Part shown: one piece after another, positions 32,281-44,051 of the stretch
How positions within the stretch are numbered: the stretch's first letter is position 1
Layout: each line of letters opens with the position of its first letter
NCBI GenBank assembly: GCA_032654565.1
Contig: JAULAX010000002.1
Coordinates: 1 to 64,000, forward strand
Length of the DNA stretch: 64,000 nucleotides
Direction: 5' to 3'
Source: Anaeromyxobacteraceae bacterium
GTDB taxonomy: Bacteria; Myxococcota; Myxococcia; Myxococcales; Anaeromyxobacteraceae
Notes under the pieces: generated by a model
Databases searched by the model: none
Told to the model about the DNA's origin: nothing
The model's input: the letters and a program-made list of their open reading frames with translations, nothing else
Made by a program: the position numbers and the translations under genes

Positions 32281-33074
32281 CGGCTCCCGGAGACCCCACC
32301 GGCCCGCGCCGCCTCGACGGCGCGCCGCGCCGCCCCCGGATCGTTGCAGACCAGCCCGGCCACGCCGGCGGCGGTGAGGCGCGCCAGGTCGCCGGGCTCG
32401 TCGACGGTCCAGACGTTGACCGCCCGGCCGCCGGCCCGCCAGGCCGCCAGCCGCGCCGGCGTGCAGAGGGCCCGGGCGGGGTGGAGCGCCGAGGGGCGCA
32501 GCCAGGCCGCCGCCAGCGGGATCCGCAGCAGCCGGTGCCAGGCCGGCTCGAAGAGGAGCCCGGTGGCGACGCCCGGCGCCGCGGCCCGGAAGGCCGCCAG
32601 CAGCGCGAAGTCGAAGGAGGAGACGATGACCCGTGGCCCGGCGCCCGCGTCGGCGATCACCGCGGCCACCGCGGCGGCCAGCCCCGCGGCCCGGGCGCCC
32701 CGGGCCGCCTTCAGCTCGACGTTGACGACGGCCCCGGGGAGCGCCTCGAAGACCTCGCGGAGCAGGGGGATCCGCTCGCCGGCGAACCGCGCCCCCTTCC
32801 AGGCGCCGGCGTCGAGCCGCCGCAGCGCCGCCAGCGACGACTCCGCCACCAGCAGCCGCTCGCCGCAGGTCCGCGCCGTGTCCTCGTCGTGGATCACCAC
32901 CAGCTCGCCGCCGGCGCAGCCCCGCACGTCCAGCTCGACCCCGTCGGCCCCCTCCGACATGGCCCGGGTGAAGGCGGCCAGGGTGTTCTCCGGGGCGCTG
33001 GCCGACGCCCCCCGGTGGCCGAGGATCAGGGGTCGGTCGGGTCGGCGGGGGGCGGCGACGAAGGGGAAGGACAT
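32277..33074 (-). CDS. Glycerophosphodiester phosphodiesterase
   Basis: ILGHRGASASAPENTLAAF, GVELDV, VVIHD, NVELK, VSSFD and WTVD motifs. Confidence 0.95.
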   Translation of the reverse strand: MSFPFVAAPRRPDRPLILGHRGASASAPENTLAAFTRAMSEGADGVELDVRGCAGGELVVIHDEDTARTCGERLLVAESSLAALRRLDAGAWKGARFAGERIPLLREVFEALPGAVVNVELKAARGARAAGLAAAVAAVIADAGAGPRVIVSSFDFALLAAFRAAAPGVATGLLFEPAWHRLLRIPLAAAWLRPSALHPARALCTPARLAAWRAGGRAVNVWTVDEPGDLARLTAAGVAGLVCNDPGAARRAVEAARAGGVSGSR

Positions 33075-33175
33075 GGGGTCGGGGCGCGAGGATGGCGTCT
33101 GGCGCCCGCGGGAGCGCGCGACTATGCTACCCCGCCGCGAGCCGCCGGAGTGGCCACGATGGGTGGGAGTGAACC

Positions 33176-33370
33176 ATGGGAACGGGTGAACTGGTCGTCG
33201 TCCTGATCGTCGTCCTGCTGGTGTTCGGGGCCAACAAGATCCCGGCGCTGGGAGACGGCCTCGGCAAGGCGATCCGCAACTTCAAGAAGAGCGCCAGCGA
33301 GGACCCGGCCATCGACGTGACCCCGAAGAAGCCGGCCCCGCCGGCCTCGCCGGGCGAGCCGCCGCGCTAG
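33176..33370 (+). CDS. tatA: Twin-arginine translocase subunit TatA/TatE
   Basis: [37 protein letters not shown]. Confidence 0.93.
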   Translation: MGTGELVVVLIVVLLVFGANKIPALGDGLGKAIRNFKKSASEDPAIDVTPKKPAPPASPGEPPR

Positions 33371-33402
33371 GGCGCCGCGGCCACCGCCAGGGACGAGCGC
33401 CG

Positions 33403-34182
33403 TCAGCCGGCCGCGCCGGACTTGGCGCGCGCCAGCCGGGCCGCGGTGGCGCGCAGCAGCGGGTGGACGGTGGCGTCGCGACCCACCTCGGCCAGCTCGG
33501 CGGCCGGCAGCACCGCCACCAGCTTGAGCGCCACCGCCGGCTCGGCGTAGGGATTCCGCACCAGCGCCAGCATCACCGCCGGCCGGGTCCGCCAGCGGCG
33601 GGACTCGGCCAGCAGCCGCAGCGTCTCCGGGCGCATGGGCCGGCGCGCCGCGATGCGGACCGCGAAGGCCTCGGTGAGGAGCGGGTTGCGCAGCAGCTCG
33701 CGCACCACCGACGGCTCCCCCTCGGCGGCCAGCCGCGCCAGCAGGTCGGGGTCGCGGTGGGTCCGGGCCATGGTCTTCTTGTGACCGAGCGTCACGTTGG
33801 CGAGCGGCGAGGCGGCGTGATCCCGCGGCGGCACCCAGGCCTTGTGGGCCGGCGGCGCGACCAGCAGGCTGGAGACCTCGAGCAGGTCCTGCGCGGTGGC
33901 CACCGCGTAGACCTCGGCGAGGTGGTCGTAGAGGAGCGCGGCGTCCGGCCCCACCAGCGCCTGCCCCACCGCGGCCATGGCCGCCCGGGCCTCCGGCGCG
34001 GCGCTCCGGGCCAGCACCGCCACCAGGCGGACCGCGGCCTCGGCCGGCATCGCGGCCAGGGCCCGGGCCGCCGCGCCCGACCGCACCGGCCCCTCCTCCA
34101 GCGCCGCCAGCCTCCGGGTCAGCGCCCTCACCCGCGCCGCGCTCACGTCCGCGGCGGCGTCGCCCGCGGCTGGCACGGTCAC
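33403..34182 (-). CDS. Hypothetical helical-repeat (leucine-rich-variant-like) protein
   Basis: TLGHKKTMAR...DLLARL...VRELLRNP.LTE...ALVRNPY; overlaps the upstream gene by 4 bp. Confidence 0.75.
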   Translation of the reverse strand: MTVPAAGDAAADVSAARVRALTRRLAALEEGPVRSGAAARALAAMPAEAAVRLVAVLARSAAPEARAAMAAVGQALVGPDAALLYDHLAEVYAVATAQDLLEVSSLLVAPPAHKAWVPPRDHAASPLANVTLGHKKTMARTHRDPDLLARLAAEGEPSVVRELLRNPLLTEAFAVRIAARRPMRPETLRLLAESRRWRTRPAVMLALVRNPYAEPAVALKLVAVLPAAELAEVGRDATVHPLLRATAARLARAKSGAAG

Positions 34183-35690
34183 CGGCCGGCCTCGCCCGCC
34201 AGCGGCCGGATCCGCAGCGAGGCCCCGGCCAGGTCGGAGGGGTAGTCGATGAAGGCGACCAGGAACGGGGCGGTGCCGCCCGGCGCCAGCCTGGCCCCCT
34301 CCGGCGGGGCGGCGTCGGCCAGCGCCCGGGCGAGGGCGGCGGCGTCGACGGCGGCGTGCAGCGCCTCCGGGCCGGGCCCGGCGCCCACCGGCGCCTCGCC
34401 GCGGGCCAGGACGGCGCCGTCGCGCACCACCTCGACCAGCACCCGCACCCCCGCCAGCGGCGTGGTCGCGCCGGAGACCACCGTGCCGCGGACGAAGAGG
34501 AGCGGCGCGCCGACGGCCCGCTCGTAGAGGCCGCTGGTCACGCCGGTGGCCGAGAGCTCCCCCGCCACCGGTCGGGGAGCCAGCGCCGCCAGGATGGCCG
34601 AGGGGCGCAGCGCGTCGGCCGGGGCCAGGCCTCCGCGCCAGACCACCAGGATGGCCAGGGCCAGCAGCAGCAGCGCGGCCAGCGCCATGGCGCTCACCAG
34701 GACGTCCCTGATCCTGAAGGCGGGCGAGGCGACCGCCGGCTCCTCCTCCGGGGCGGCCGGCGGCGGCGGCAGGCCGGCGCGGCGCGGCTCCTCCACCGCC
34801 AGGGGATCAGCGGCCACCGCCGCGGCCCCGAAGGGATCGAGCTGGAGGGGCGGCTCGTCCTCGACGGCGCCCCTCGGCGACGGCTCGTGCCCGGCGCCGC
34901 CGGTCCCTGGCGCGGGCGCCGGACTGCCGACCACCCCCTCGTCCAGCGCCGCCAGGCCGTGGTCGAGCGGCGGCATGGCTCCGAAGGGATCCTCGGTGGC
35001 GCTGATCACCGGCATGGGGGCCGGGCCGGAGGGGACCGTGAGCCGCCTCGCCGGCGGCGTGGTCAACTCCTCGAGCGAGAGCAGCCCGCTGGTGCCCGGC
35101 GCCGAGACCATGGGAGCCGGCGGCGGGTCGAGCGGCCCGAAGCCGTCGAGCGGGTCGGGGGCGCCCGGACCAGACCCGCCGAAGGGATCGAAGTCGGCGT
35201 CGCCCGCGAGGGACGGGGCCGCGGTGGCGGGCGGGGGCGATGGGGAGGGTCCCGGGGAGGGGGCGGCGAAGGGATCGGCCTCCAGTGACCCACCCCGTGC
35301 GGTGTAGAACGGGTCGGGCTCGGGCACGGCAGCCGCGGCTGCGGCCGGAGTCGCGGCCGGGGGTGCCGGCGCCGCCGGGGCGAAGGGATCGGCCGGCGAG
35401 TGAGGCGTGCCGAGGTGCGGCTCCAGGTCGACCTCGAACGCCGCGCGCGCGTCGAGCGTGGTCCGGCGGGGGAGCGGCGGCGGGGCGGCCCGGGGCGCTT
35501 GCGCCTCGGCCACCGGGAAAGGATCGGCGGCGGGGAAGGGATCGGCGGCGGGCGGCGGCGGCCCGTCGTCGGGGCGCTGGACCGTGAAGACGGTCTGGCA
35601 CTTCGAGCAGCGCAGCTTGGCGCCACGAGTGCCGACCTTCTCGTCGGCGACGCGGAACTTGGCGGAGCAACCGGTGCAGACGACGATCAT
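34179..35690 (-). CDS. Zinc-ribbon (MJ0042 finger-like) / DUF3426-like membrane protein
   Basis: [19 protein letters not shown]...[10 protein letters not shown], Pro-rich linker, one TM helix, periplasmic beta domain. Confidence 0.85.
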   Translation of the reverse strand: MIVVCTGCSAKFRVADEKVGTRGAKLRCSKCQTVFTVQRPDDGPPPPAADPFPAADPFPVAEAQAPRAAPPPLPRRTTLDARAAFEVDLEPHLGTPHSPADPFAPAAPAPPAATPAAAAAAVPEPDPFYTARGGSLEADPFAAPSPGPSPSPPPATAAPSLAGDADFDPFGGSGPGAPDPLDGFGPLDPPPAPMVSAPGTSGLLSLEELTTPPARRLTVPSGPAPMPVISATEDPFGAMPPLDHGLAALDEGVVGSPAPAPGTGGAGHEPSPRGAVEDEPPLQLDPFGAAAVAADPLAVEEPRRAGLPPPPAAPEEEPAVASPAFRIRDVLVSAMALAALLLLALAILVVWRGGLAPADALRPSAILAALAPRPVAGELSATGVTSGLYERAVGAPLLFVRGTVVSGATTPLAGVRVLVEVVRDGAVLARGEAPVGAGPGPEALHAAVDAAALARALADAAPPEGARLAPGGTAPFLVAFIDYPSDLAGASLRIRPLAGEAGR

Positions 35691-35731
35691 TGCGGAACCG
35701 TAGGTTGGATCGAGACTACACCCCGAAACGC

Positions 35732-35760
35732 TTGACACCAAGCGCCATCGCCAGAACAAT
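35732..35760 (+). promoter_or_regulatory. Sigma70-type promoter of the PhaR-like gene
   Basis: TTGACA-N17-AACAAT. Confidence 0.5.
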
Positions 35761-35800
35761 CCCTTGCGTTGCAGGCACTTGGATCCTTTCGGGAGAAGCG

Positions 35801-36397
35801 ATGACCGACGAGCAGGAGACCACCGCCGAACCCGCGCCTTCCGGCACCGAGCCGAAGGTGATCAAGCGTTACACCAACCGGAAGCTCTACGACACCGTGG
35901 AGTCACGGTACGTGACCCTCGACGAGATCGCCGAGATGATCAAGGCGGGCGGCGAGGTGAAGGTGATCGACAACCGGACCAAGGACGACCTCACGGCCGT
36001 GACCCTGGCCCAGATCATCTTCGAGGAGGAGAAGAAGAGCGCCCGCACCAGCATGAAGACGCTGCTGGGGCTGATCCGCCAGGGCGGCGAGGTGGCGCAG
36101 CAGATGGTGGGCGGCGCCGGCGGCGACCTGCGCGAGCGGGTCGACGGGCTGCGCAAGGAGGCGGAGCAGCGGGTCCAGCACCTGCTGGCCCGTGGCCAGC
36201 AGACCGGCGAGAAGGCCCGCGAGCTGGTGACCGCGTCGCAGGAGGCGCTCTCGGGGCTGCAGAAGCGGATCGACGAGCGCGTGCGCAGCGCCGCCGAGGG
36301 GATCCACAACCTCCCCGAGGTGAAGCGCCAGCTCGAGGACATCGCCAAGCGGATCGAGTCGCTGGAGAAGAAGCTCGACGAGCAGGACCGGAAGTAA
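35801..36397 (+). CDS. PHA accumulation regulator DNA-binding domain protein (PhaR-like)
   Basis: [31 protein letters not shown]...[12 protein letters not shown] followed by a coiled-coil tail. Confidence 0.88.
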   Translation: MTDEQETTAEPAPSGTEPKVIKRYTNRKLYDTVESRYVTLDEIAEMIKAGGEVKVIDNRTKDDLTAVTLAQIIFEEEKKSARTSMKTLLGLIRQGGEVAQQMVGGAGGDLRERVDGLRKEAEQRVQHLLARGQQTGEKARELVTASQEALSGLQKRIDERVRSAAEGIHNLPEVKRQLEDIAKRIESLEKKLDEQDRK

Positions 36398-36481
36398 CCG
36401 GCCGCGCCGGCGGTCGCGTCGCGGTGGAGGCCTCCCGCCGGCTCCAGCGCGGCGAGGGGTCCGGCTCGGAGGCGGCCCGGC

Positions 36482-36859
36482 CTACGACCCGGGCTGCGGC
36501 GACGGCTCCGACGGCGTCGGCTCGGACGGCGGCGGCGGCGGCGACGGGTCGGCGGGCGCGGCCGCCTCGGACTGCGCCAGCCGGGTGTTGAGCCCGTCGA
36601 CCTGAGCCTCCAGCTCGCTGAGCCGCTGGCGCATGGTCCGCAGCTCCTCGGCGGTGGGGAGGTTGGCGGCGTGGAGCGCCGCCTGCACGCCCGACTCGAC
36701 GGTGGCGCGGGCCGCGGCGGCGGCGGCCAGCAGCTCCTGCAGGCCGTGGGTGACCCGCTCGTCGGTGAGCAGCTTGCCCACCACCCGGGTGGCCCGCTCC
36801 TCGCCCGAGGCGATCACCTGCTTCACGACCGGGTGCTTCAGGACATCGTCGAAGAGCAT
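36482..36859 (-). CDS. Small amphipathic coiled-coil protein (phasin-like)
   Basis: ALHAANLPTAEELRTMRQRLSELEAQVDGL, resembling the tail of granule-associated proteins. Confidence 0.6.
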   Translation of the reverse strand: MLFDDVLKHPVVKQVIASGEERATRVVGKLLTDERVTHGLQELLAAAAAARATVESGVQAALHAANLPTAEELRTMRQRLSELEAQVDGLNTRLAQSEAAAPADPSPPPPPSEPTPSEPSPQPGS

Positions 36860-36897
36860 GGTGGACTTGTCCCCTTCCCCCCCCTAGCCTGTCAAGC

Positions 36898-37845
36898 GTG
36901 GCGCTCCACCCTCACCTCGACCACCGCCTGGTCGTCGTCACCGGGAAGGGTGGCACCGGCAAGTCGACGCTGGCCGCCGCGCTGGCCCTGCTGGCGGCCG
37001 CCGCCGGCAAGCGGGTGCTGGTGGCCGAGGTCAACGCCGCCGAGCGGGTGGCCCCGCTGCTGGGCGCCCCCCCGGCCGGGCCCGTCATCCGCGAGGCCCG
37101 CCCCGGGATCTTCACCGTCAACGTGACGCCGCCGGCGGCGCTGCGCGAGTACGGCCTGCAGGTGGTGAAGCTCCGGGCCATCTACGACGCCGTCTTCGAG
37201 AACCGGGTGGTCCGCCACTTCCTGCGGGTGGTCCCCGGCCTCGGCGAGCTGGTCATGCTCGGCAAGATCCTCCACGAGGCGCGCGCCGAGGAGCGCGGCC
37301 GGCCGCGCTGGGACCAGGTGATCATCGACGCCCCGGCCACCGGCCACGCCGTCCAGCTCCTGCGCGTGCCCGGCGCCATGCTCGGCATGGTGCCGCCCGG
37401 GCCGCTCCGCGCCGACGCCCGCTGGATGCAGGCCTGGCTGGTCGACCCGGCCCGCACCGCCGCGGTGCTGGTGACCCTGCCGGAGGAGATGCCGGTCACC
37501 GAGGCCATCGAGCTCGACGCCCAGCTGCGGGAGCGGGTCGGCCTGGCGCCGGCGGCGGTGGTGGTGAACGCCATGCCCTCGCCGCGCTTCACCCCCGGGC
37601 AGGCGGTCCGGCTCGCCCCGCTCTCGGCGGCGCCCTCGCCGGTGGGGCCGGCGGCCACCGCGGCCCGGCTCCACGCCGTGCGCAGCGCGGCGGCGGAGCG
37701 CGAGCTGCGGCGGCTGCGGGCGGCGCTGCCCATCCCCACCGCGCTCCTGCCGCTGCTGGCCACGGCCGGCTGGGGGCTGGCCGAGGTGGAGCGGCTGGCC
37801 GCGGCGCTGGCCGCCACCGGGGAGGGCTCGCCGTGGCAGGCCTGA
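36898..37845 (+). CDS. ArsA/Get3-family ATPase, subunit 1
   Basis: VVTGKGGTGKS, IDAPATGHA and TLPEEMPVTE motifs. Confidence 0.9.
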   Translation: MALHPHLDHRLVVVTGKGGTGKSTLAAALALLAAAAGKRVLVAEVNAAERVAPLLGAPPAGPVIREARPGIFTVNVTPPAALREYGLQVVKLRAIYDAVFENRVVRHFLRVVPGLGELVMLGKILHEARAEERGRPRWDQVIIDAPATGHAVQLLRVPGAMLGMVPPGPLRADARWMQAWLVDPARTAAVLVTLPEEMPVTEAIELDAQLRERVGLAPAAVVVNAMPSPRFTPGQAVRLAPLSAAPSPVGPAATAARLHAVRSAAAERELRRLRAALPIPTALLPLLATAGWGLAEVERLAAALAATGEGSPWQA

Positions 37846-38975
37846 GCGCTGCCATCAGCGGCCGGCGGGTGCTGGTCTGCGTCGGCGCCGGCGGCGTCGG
37901 CAAGACCTCGGTGGCCGCGGCGCTGGGGCTGGCCCGCGCCCTGGAGGGGGGCAAGGTGCTGGTCTGCACCATCGACCCGGCGCGGCGGCTGGCCACGGCG
38001 CTCGGACTGGACGCCCTGGGCAACGCCGAGACCCGGGTGCCGGACGAGGCCTTCGCCGCCGCCGGCCTGCGCCCGCGCGGCCAGCTCTTCGCCATGATGC
38101 TCGACGTCAAGCGGACCTGGGACGACCTGGTGACCCGCCACGCCCCCACCCCGGAGCGGCGGGACCGCATCCTCCGCAACCGGCTCTACCAGCAGATGTC
38201 GGCGGCGCTGGCCGGCTCGCAGGAGTACATGGCCACCGAGAAGCTCTACGAGCTGGCCACCGACCGCGACTACGACCTGATCGTCCTCGACACCCCGCCC
38301 ACCGCCAACGCCCTCGACTTCCTCGACGCCCCGGACCGGATCCTCGACTTCCTCGGCGACGACCAGGCCCCGCTGCTGCTCTCCCCGGCCCGCGGGGCCC
38401 GGCTCGGCTTCCGCCTGGCCCAGCTGGGCGGCAGCCTGGTGGTGAAGACCCTGGCCCGCTTCACCGGCGGTGACATGCTCCACGACCTGGGGGACTTCCT
38501 GGCCAGCTTCCACGGCATGTACGAGGGGTTCAAGGCCCGGGCCGCCGCGGTCCACGAGCTGCTGGCCCGGCCCACCACCGGCTTCGTGCTGGTCTCCAGC
38601 GCCAGCCCGCGGGCGGTGGCCGAGGCCCGCTCGCTCCACGACCGGCTGGTGGCCGAGGGGATGCCCATCGCCGGCGCCGTCGCCAACCGGGTCACGGCGC
38701 CGCTCTGGCCGACCGGCCGGCCGCGGCCGGGCCCGGGCGAGCTGGCCGCGGCGCTGGGCGCGGACGACGCCGGGCTGGCCCCGGGGCTGGCGCTGGCGCT
38801 CGAGGAGCACGAGCGGATGGCGGCCGCCGACGCCGGCGCCCTGGCCGGCCTGCTGGCGTTGGCGCCCGGGGCCCACGCCGTGGTGCCCCGCATGGAGGAG
38901 GACGTCCACGACCTGGCCGGCCTGGCGGCGCTGGCCGAGCGGCTGCTCCACACCGGCCCCCCGCCCGCGGTATGA
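37833..38975 (+). CDS. ArsA/Get3-family ATPase, subunit 2
   Basis: CVGAGGVGKTS, TIDPARRLA, GSQEYMATEKL and LDTPPT motifs. Confidence 0.9.
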   Translation: MAGLSAAISGRRVLVCVGAGGVGKTSVAAALGLARALEGGKVLVCTIDPARRLATALGLDALGNAETRVPDEAFAAAGLRPRGQLFAMMLDVKRTWDDLVTRHAPTPERRDRILRNRLYQQMSAALAGSQEYMATEKLYELATDRDYDLIVLDTPPTANALDFLDAPDRILDFLGDDQAPLLLSPARGARLGFRLAQLGGSLVVKTLARFTGGDMLHDLGDFLASFHGMYEGFKARAAAVHELLARPTTGFVLVSSASPRAVAEARSLHDRLVAEGMPIAGAVANRVTAPLWPTGRPRPGPGELAAALGADDAGLAPGLALALEEHERMAAADAGALAGLLALAPGAHAVVPRMEEDVHDLAGLAALAERLLHTGPPPAV

Positions 38976-38988
38976 CTCGGCGGCCCCC

Positions 38989-40218
38989 ATGACACCGCCT
39001 CCTGCCCCGCTCCGCTCCGCCCCGGCCCCGTCGCCGCGGCTGCTGGCCGCGCTGCTCCTCTCCGGGCTGCTGGCCGGCTGCGCCGCGGCCCGGCCGTCGC
39101 CGACCGCGGCCGGGAGCTGCCCGTCCTGCCCGCCCGGCGAGGGTGCGACGGCGGCCGCCGCGGGTCCCACCCGGCTGGCCTACGACCCCGAGCGCATCGA
39201 GGTGACGCCGGCCGACCTGGAGCTGGCCGGGAAGAACGACGAGGAGCTCTTCGCCATCGGCCAGGCCGCCTTCGCCGCCCGCGACTTCGAGCGGGCCGCC
39301 GCCGCCTTCGACCGGGTGGTCGACCTCCACCCCGGCTCCAGGCACCAGGCGGTGGCCCTCGCCAACGGCGGCGTGGCCCACGAGCGGCTGCAGCGGTGGC
39401 GGCTGGCCCTGGAGCGCTTCCGAACCCTGGAGCGCCGCTTCACCGGCCACGAGGCGCTGGAGGCGGCCTTCCGCATCGCCGAGTGCCACTACCACCTCGA
39501 CGAGCTGCCGGAGGCCGCCGCGGTGCTGGGGCGGCTGGCGGCCCGCGGCGACCTGCCCACCGGCGAGCACATCCGCGCCCTCACCCAGCTCGGCATCGTC
39601 GAGTTCGAGGGCGGCCAGCTGGACGAGGCGGAGCGCCACCTGCGGCTGGCGGTCTCGGCCTGGAAGGCGGGGAGCGAGCCGGAGCGGCTCGACGACTACC
39701 ACCCGGCGCAGGCCCAGCACTACCTGGGCGAGGTCTACCGGGCCCACTTCCTGGCGGTCCGCCTCGATCCCTCGCGGCGCGACGAGGCCCAGCTGGCCGG
39801 GGACCTGGAGAACAAGGCCTCGCTGCTGCTCTCGGCGCAGGGCCACTACCTGCGGGCCATCCGCATGGGGAACGGCGACTGGGCGGTGGCCTCCGGCTAC
39901 CGCATCGGCGAGCTCTACGACGCGCTCCACGCCGCGCTGGTGGAGGCCCCGGTGCCGGCCGGGCTGGACGCCGAGCACGCCGCCGCCTACCGCGTCGAGC
40001 TGAAGCGGAAGGTCCGGGTGCTGGTGGTCAAGGCCATCACCATCTACGAGCAGACGCTGGCGGTGGCCGGCCGGGCCCGGGTGGAGAACAACCGCTTCGT
40101 GGCCGAGACCCAGGCCTCGCTCGACCGGATGAAGCAGGCGCTGCGCGAGGTGCCGGCCGACGACGGTCCCGCCGTCGAGCCGGCCCTCCCCGCCGACGCC
40201 ACGCCCGACAAGGGGTAG
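38989..40218 (+). CDS. Tetratricopeptide repeat lipoprotein
   Basis: Lipobox LAGC; TPR-like helices (LFAIGQAAFAARDFERAAAAF...; AQHYLGEVY). Confidence 0.85.
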   Translation: MTPPPAPLRSAPAPSPRLLAALLLSGLLAGCAAARPSPTAAGSCPSCPPGEGATAAAAGPTRLAYDPERIEVTPADLELAGKNDEELFAIGQAAFAARDFERAAAAFDRVVDLHPGSRHQAVALANGGVAHERLQRWRLALERFRTLERRFTGHEALEAAFRIAECHYHLDELPEAAAVLGRLAARGDLPTGEHIRALTQLGIVEFEGGQLDEAERHLRLAVSAWKAGSEPERLDDYHPAQAQHYLGEVYRAHFLAVRLDPSRRDEAQLAGDLENKASLLLSAQGHYLRAIRMGNGDWAVASGYRIGELYDALHAALVEAPVPAGLDAEHAAAYRVELKRKVRVLVVKAITIYEQTLAVAGRARVENNRFVAETQASLDRMKQALREVPADDGPAVEPALPADATPDKG

Positions 40219-40273
40219 CGCGCCTCCCCGCGGCACCCCGCAGGACCCGCGGCCCCGCCAGGGCCGGGTGCGG

Positions 40274-42082
<1,809 letters not shown>

Positions 42083-42206
42083 TGGGGGGCGAATGTACCG
42101 GAACTTCCCGCCGGCGGAAGCCCCGCGTGGTGCGCCCCCGTCCGTTGTCCGTGATCACGGAGACTCGTCCGTGCCGGGGAGGTGGTCGCTCCATTCGACT
42201 TCAGGC

Positions 42207-43591
<1,385 letters not shown>

Positions 43592-43592
43592 C

Positions 43593-43705
43593 CGCGTCGG
43601 CCCGTCGCGTCGGCCAATCGCGTCGGCGACGGCTTCTGGTGTCGCCGACGCAAACTATCTCCTGCCCAGTCGCGTCGGCTCCAGCTTCTGGCGGAGCCGA
43701 CGCAA
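43593..43705. repeat. REP-like cluster: CGCGTCGGC four times, plus two 32-nt hairpins with co-varying stems
   Basis: GCGTCGGCGAC-ggcttctggt-GTCGCCGACGC (43620-43651) and GCGTCGGCTCC-agcttctggc-GGAGCCGACGC (43672-43703). Confidence 0.75.
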
Positions 43706-43860
43706 GGCATCTTCTACCCGGGATCACCCGGGCTCTTTTCCTGTCTTTTCAGGCCCTTGGCTTTCTCTGGGGTCTGCGATCTTTTGTCACTTGAACAGGT
43801 GACAAGTCCCTCCCGGGCTGCGACAATCTGCTCCAGCACTCCCTCCCCCCGGGAATCTCC

Positions 43861-43938
43861 ATGCGCCACCGTCACCGCCTCTCTCCGTTCGCGCTCGCCG
43901 CCGCCGTCACCGCCCTGGTGTTGCTCCTCGTCACCTGA
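43861..43938 (+). CDS. Candidate 25-aa hydrophobic small protein, or a signal-peptide remnant
   Basis: MRHRHRLSPFALAAAVTALVLLLVT*; below the ORF-track cutoff; weak RBS. Confidence 0.35.
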   Translation: MRHRHRLSPFALAAAVTALVLLLVT

Positions 43939-44051
43939 GGACGGCGCGGGACGGCGACCGGGCCGCTGCGTTCCCGGCCGACGGCGGCCCTGGTGTCACC
44001 ACGGGTCCGGCCGAGCCGCCGGGATCCGTGGCTCCCGCTGGCGCACGCCGA

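Noticed and set aside
36898..38975. Arsenic resistance operon
   Set aside because: No arsB, acr3, arsC, arsD or arsR nearby, and the ATPases lack the metalloid-binding cysteine arrangement.
43593..43705. CRISPR array
   Set aside because: Only two full units, the stems differ internally, the spacer is about 20 nt, and there are no cas genes in the window.
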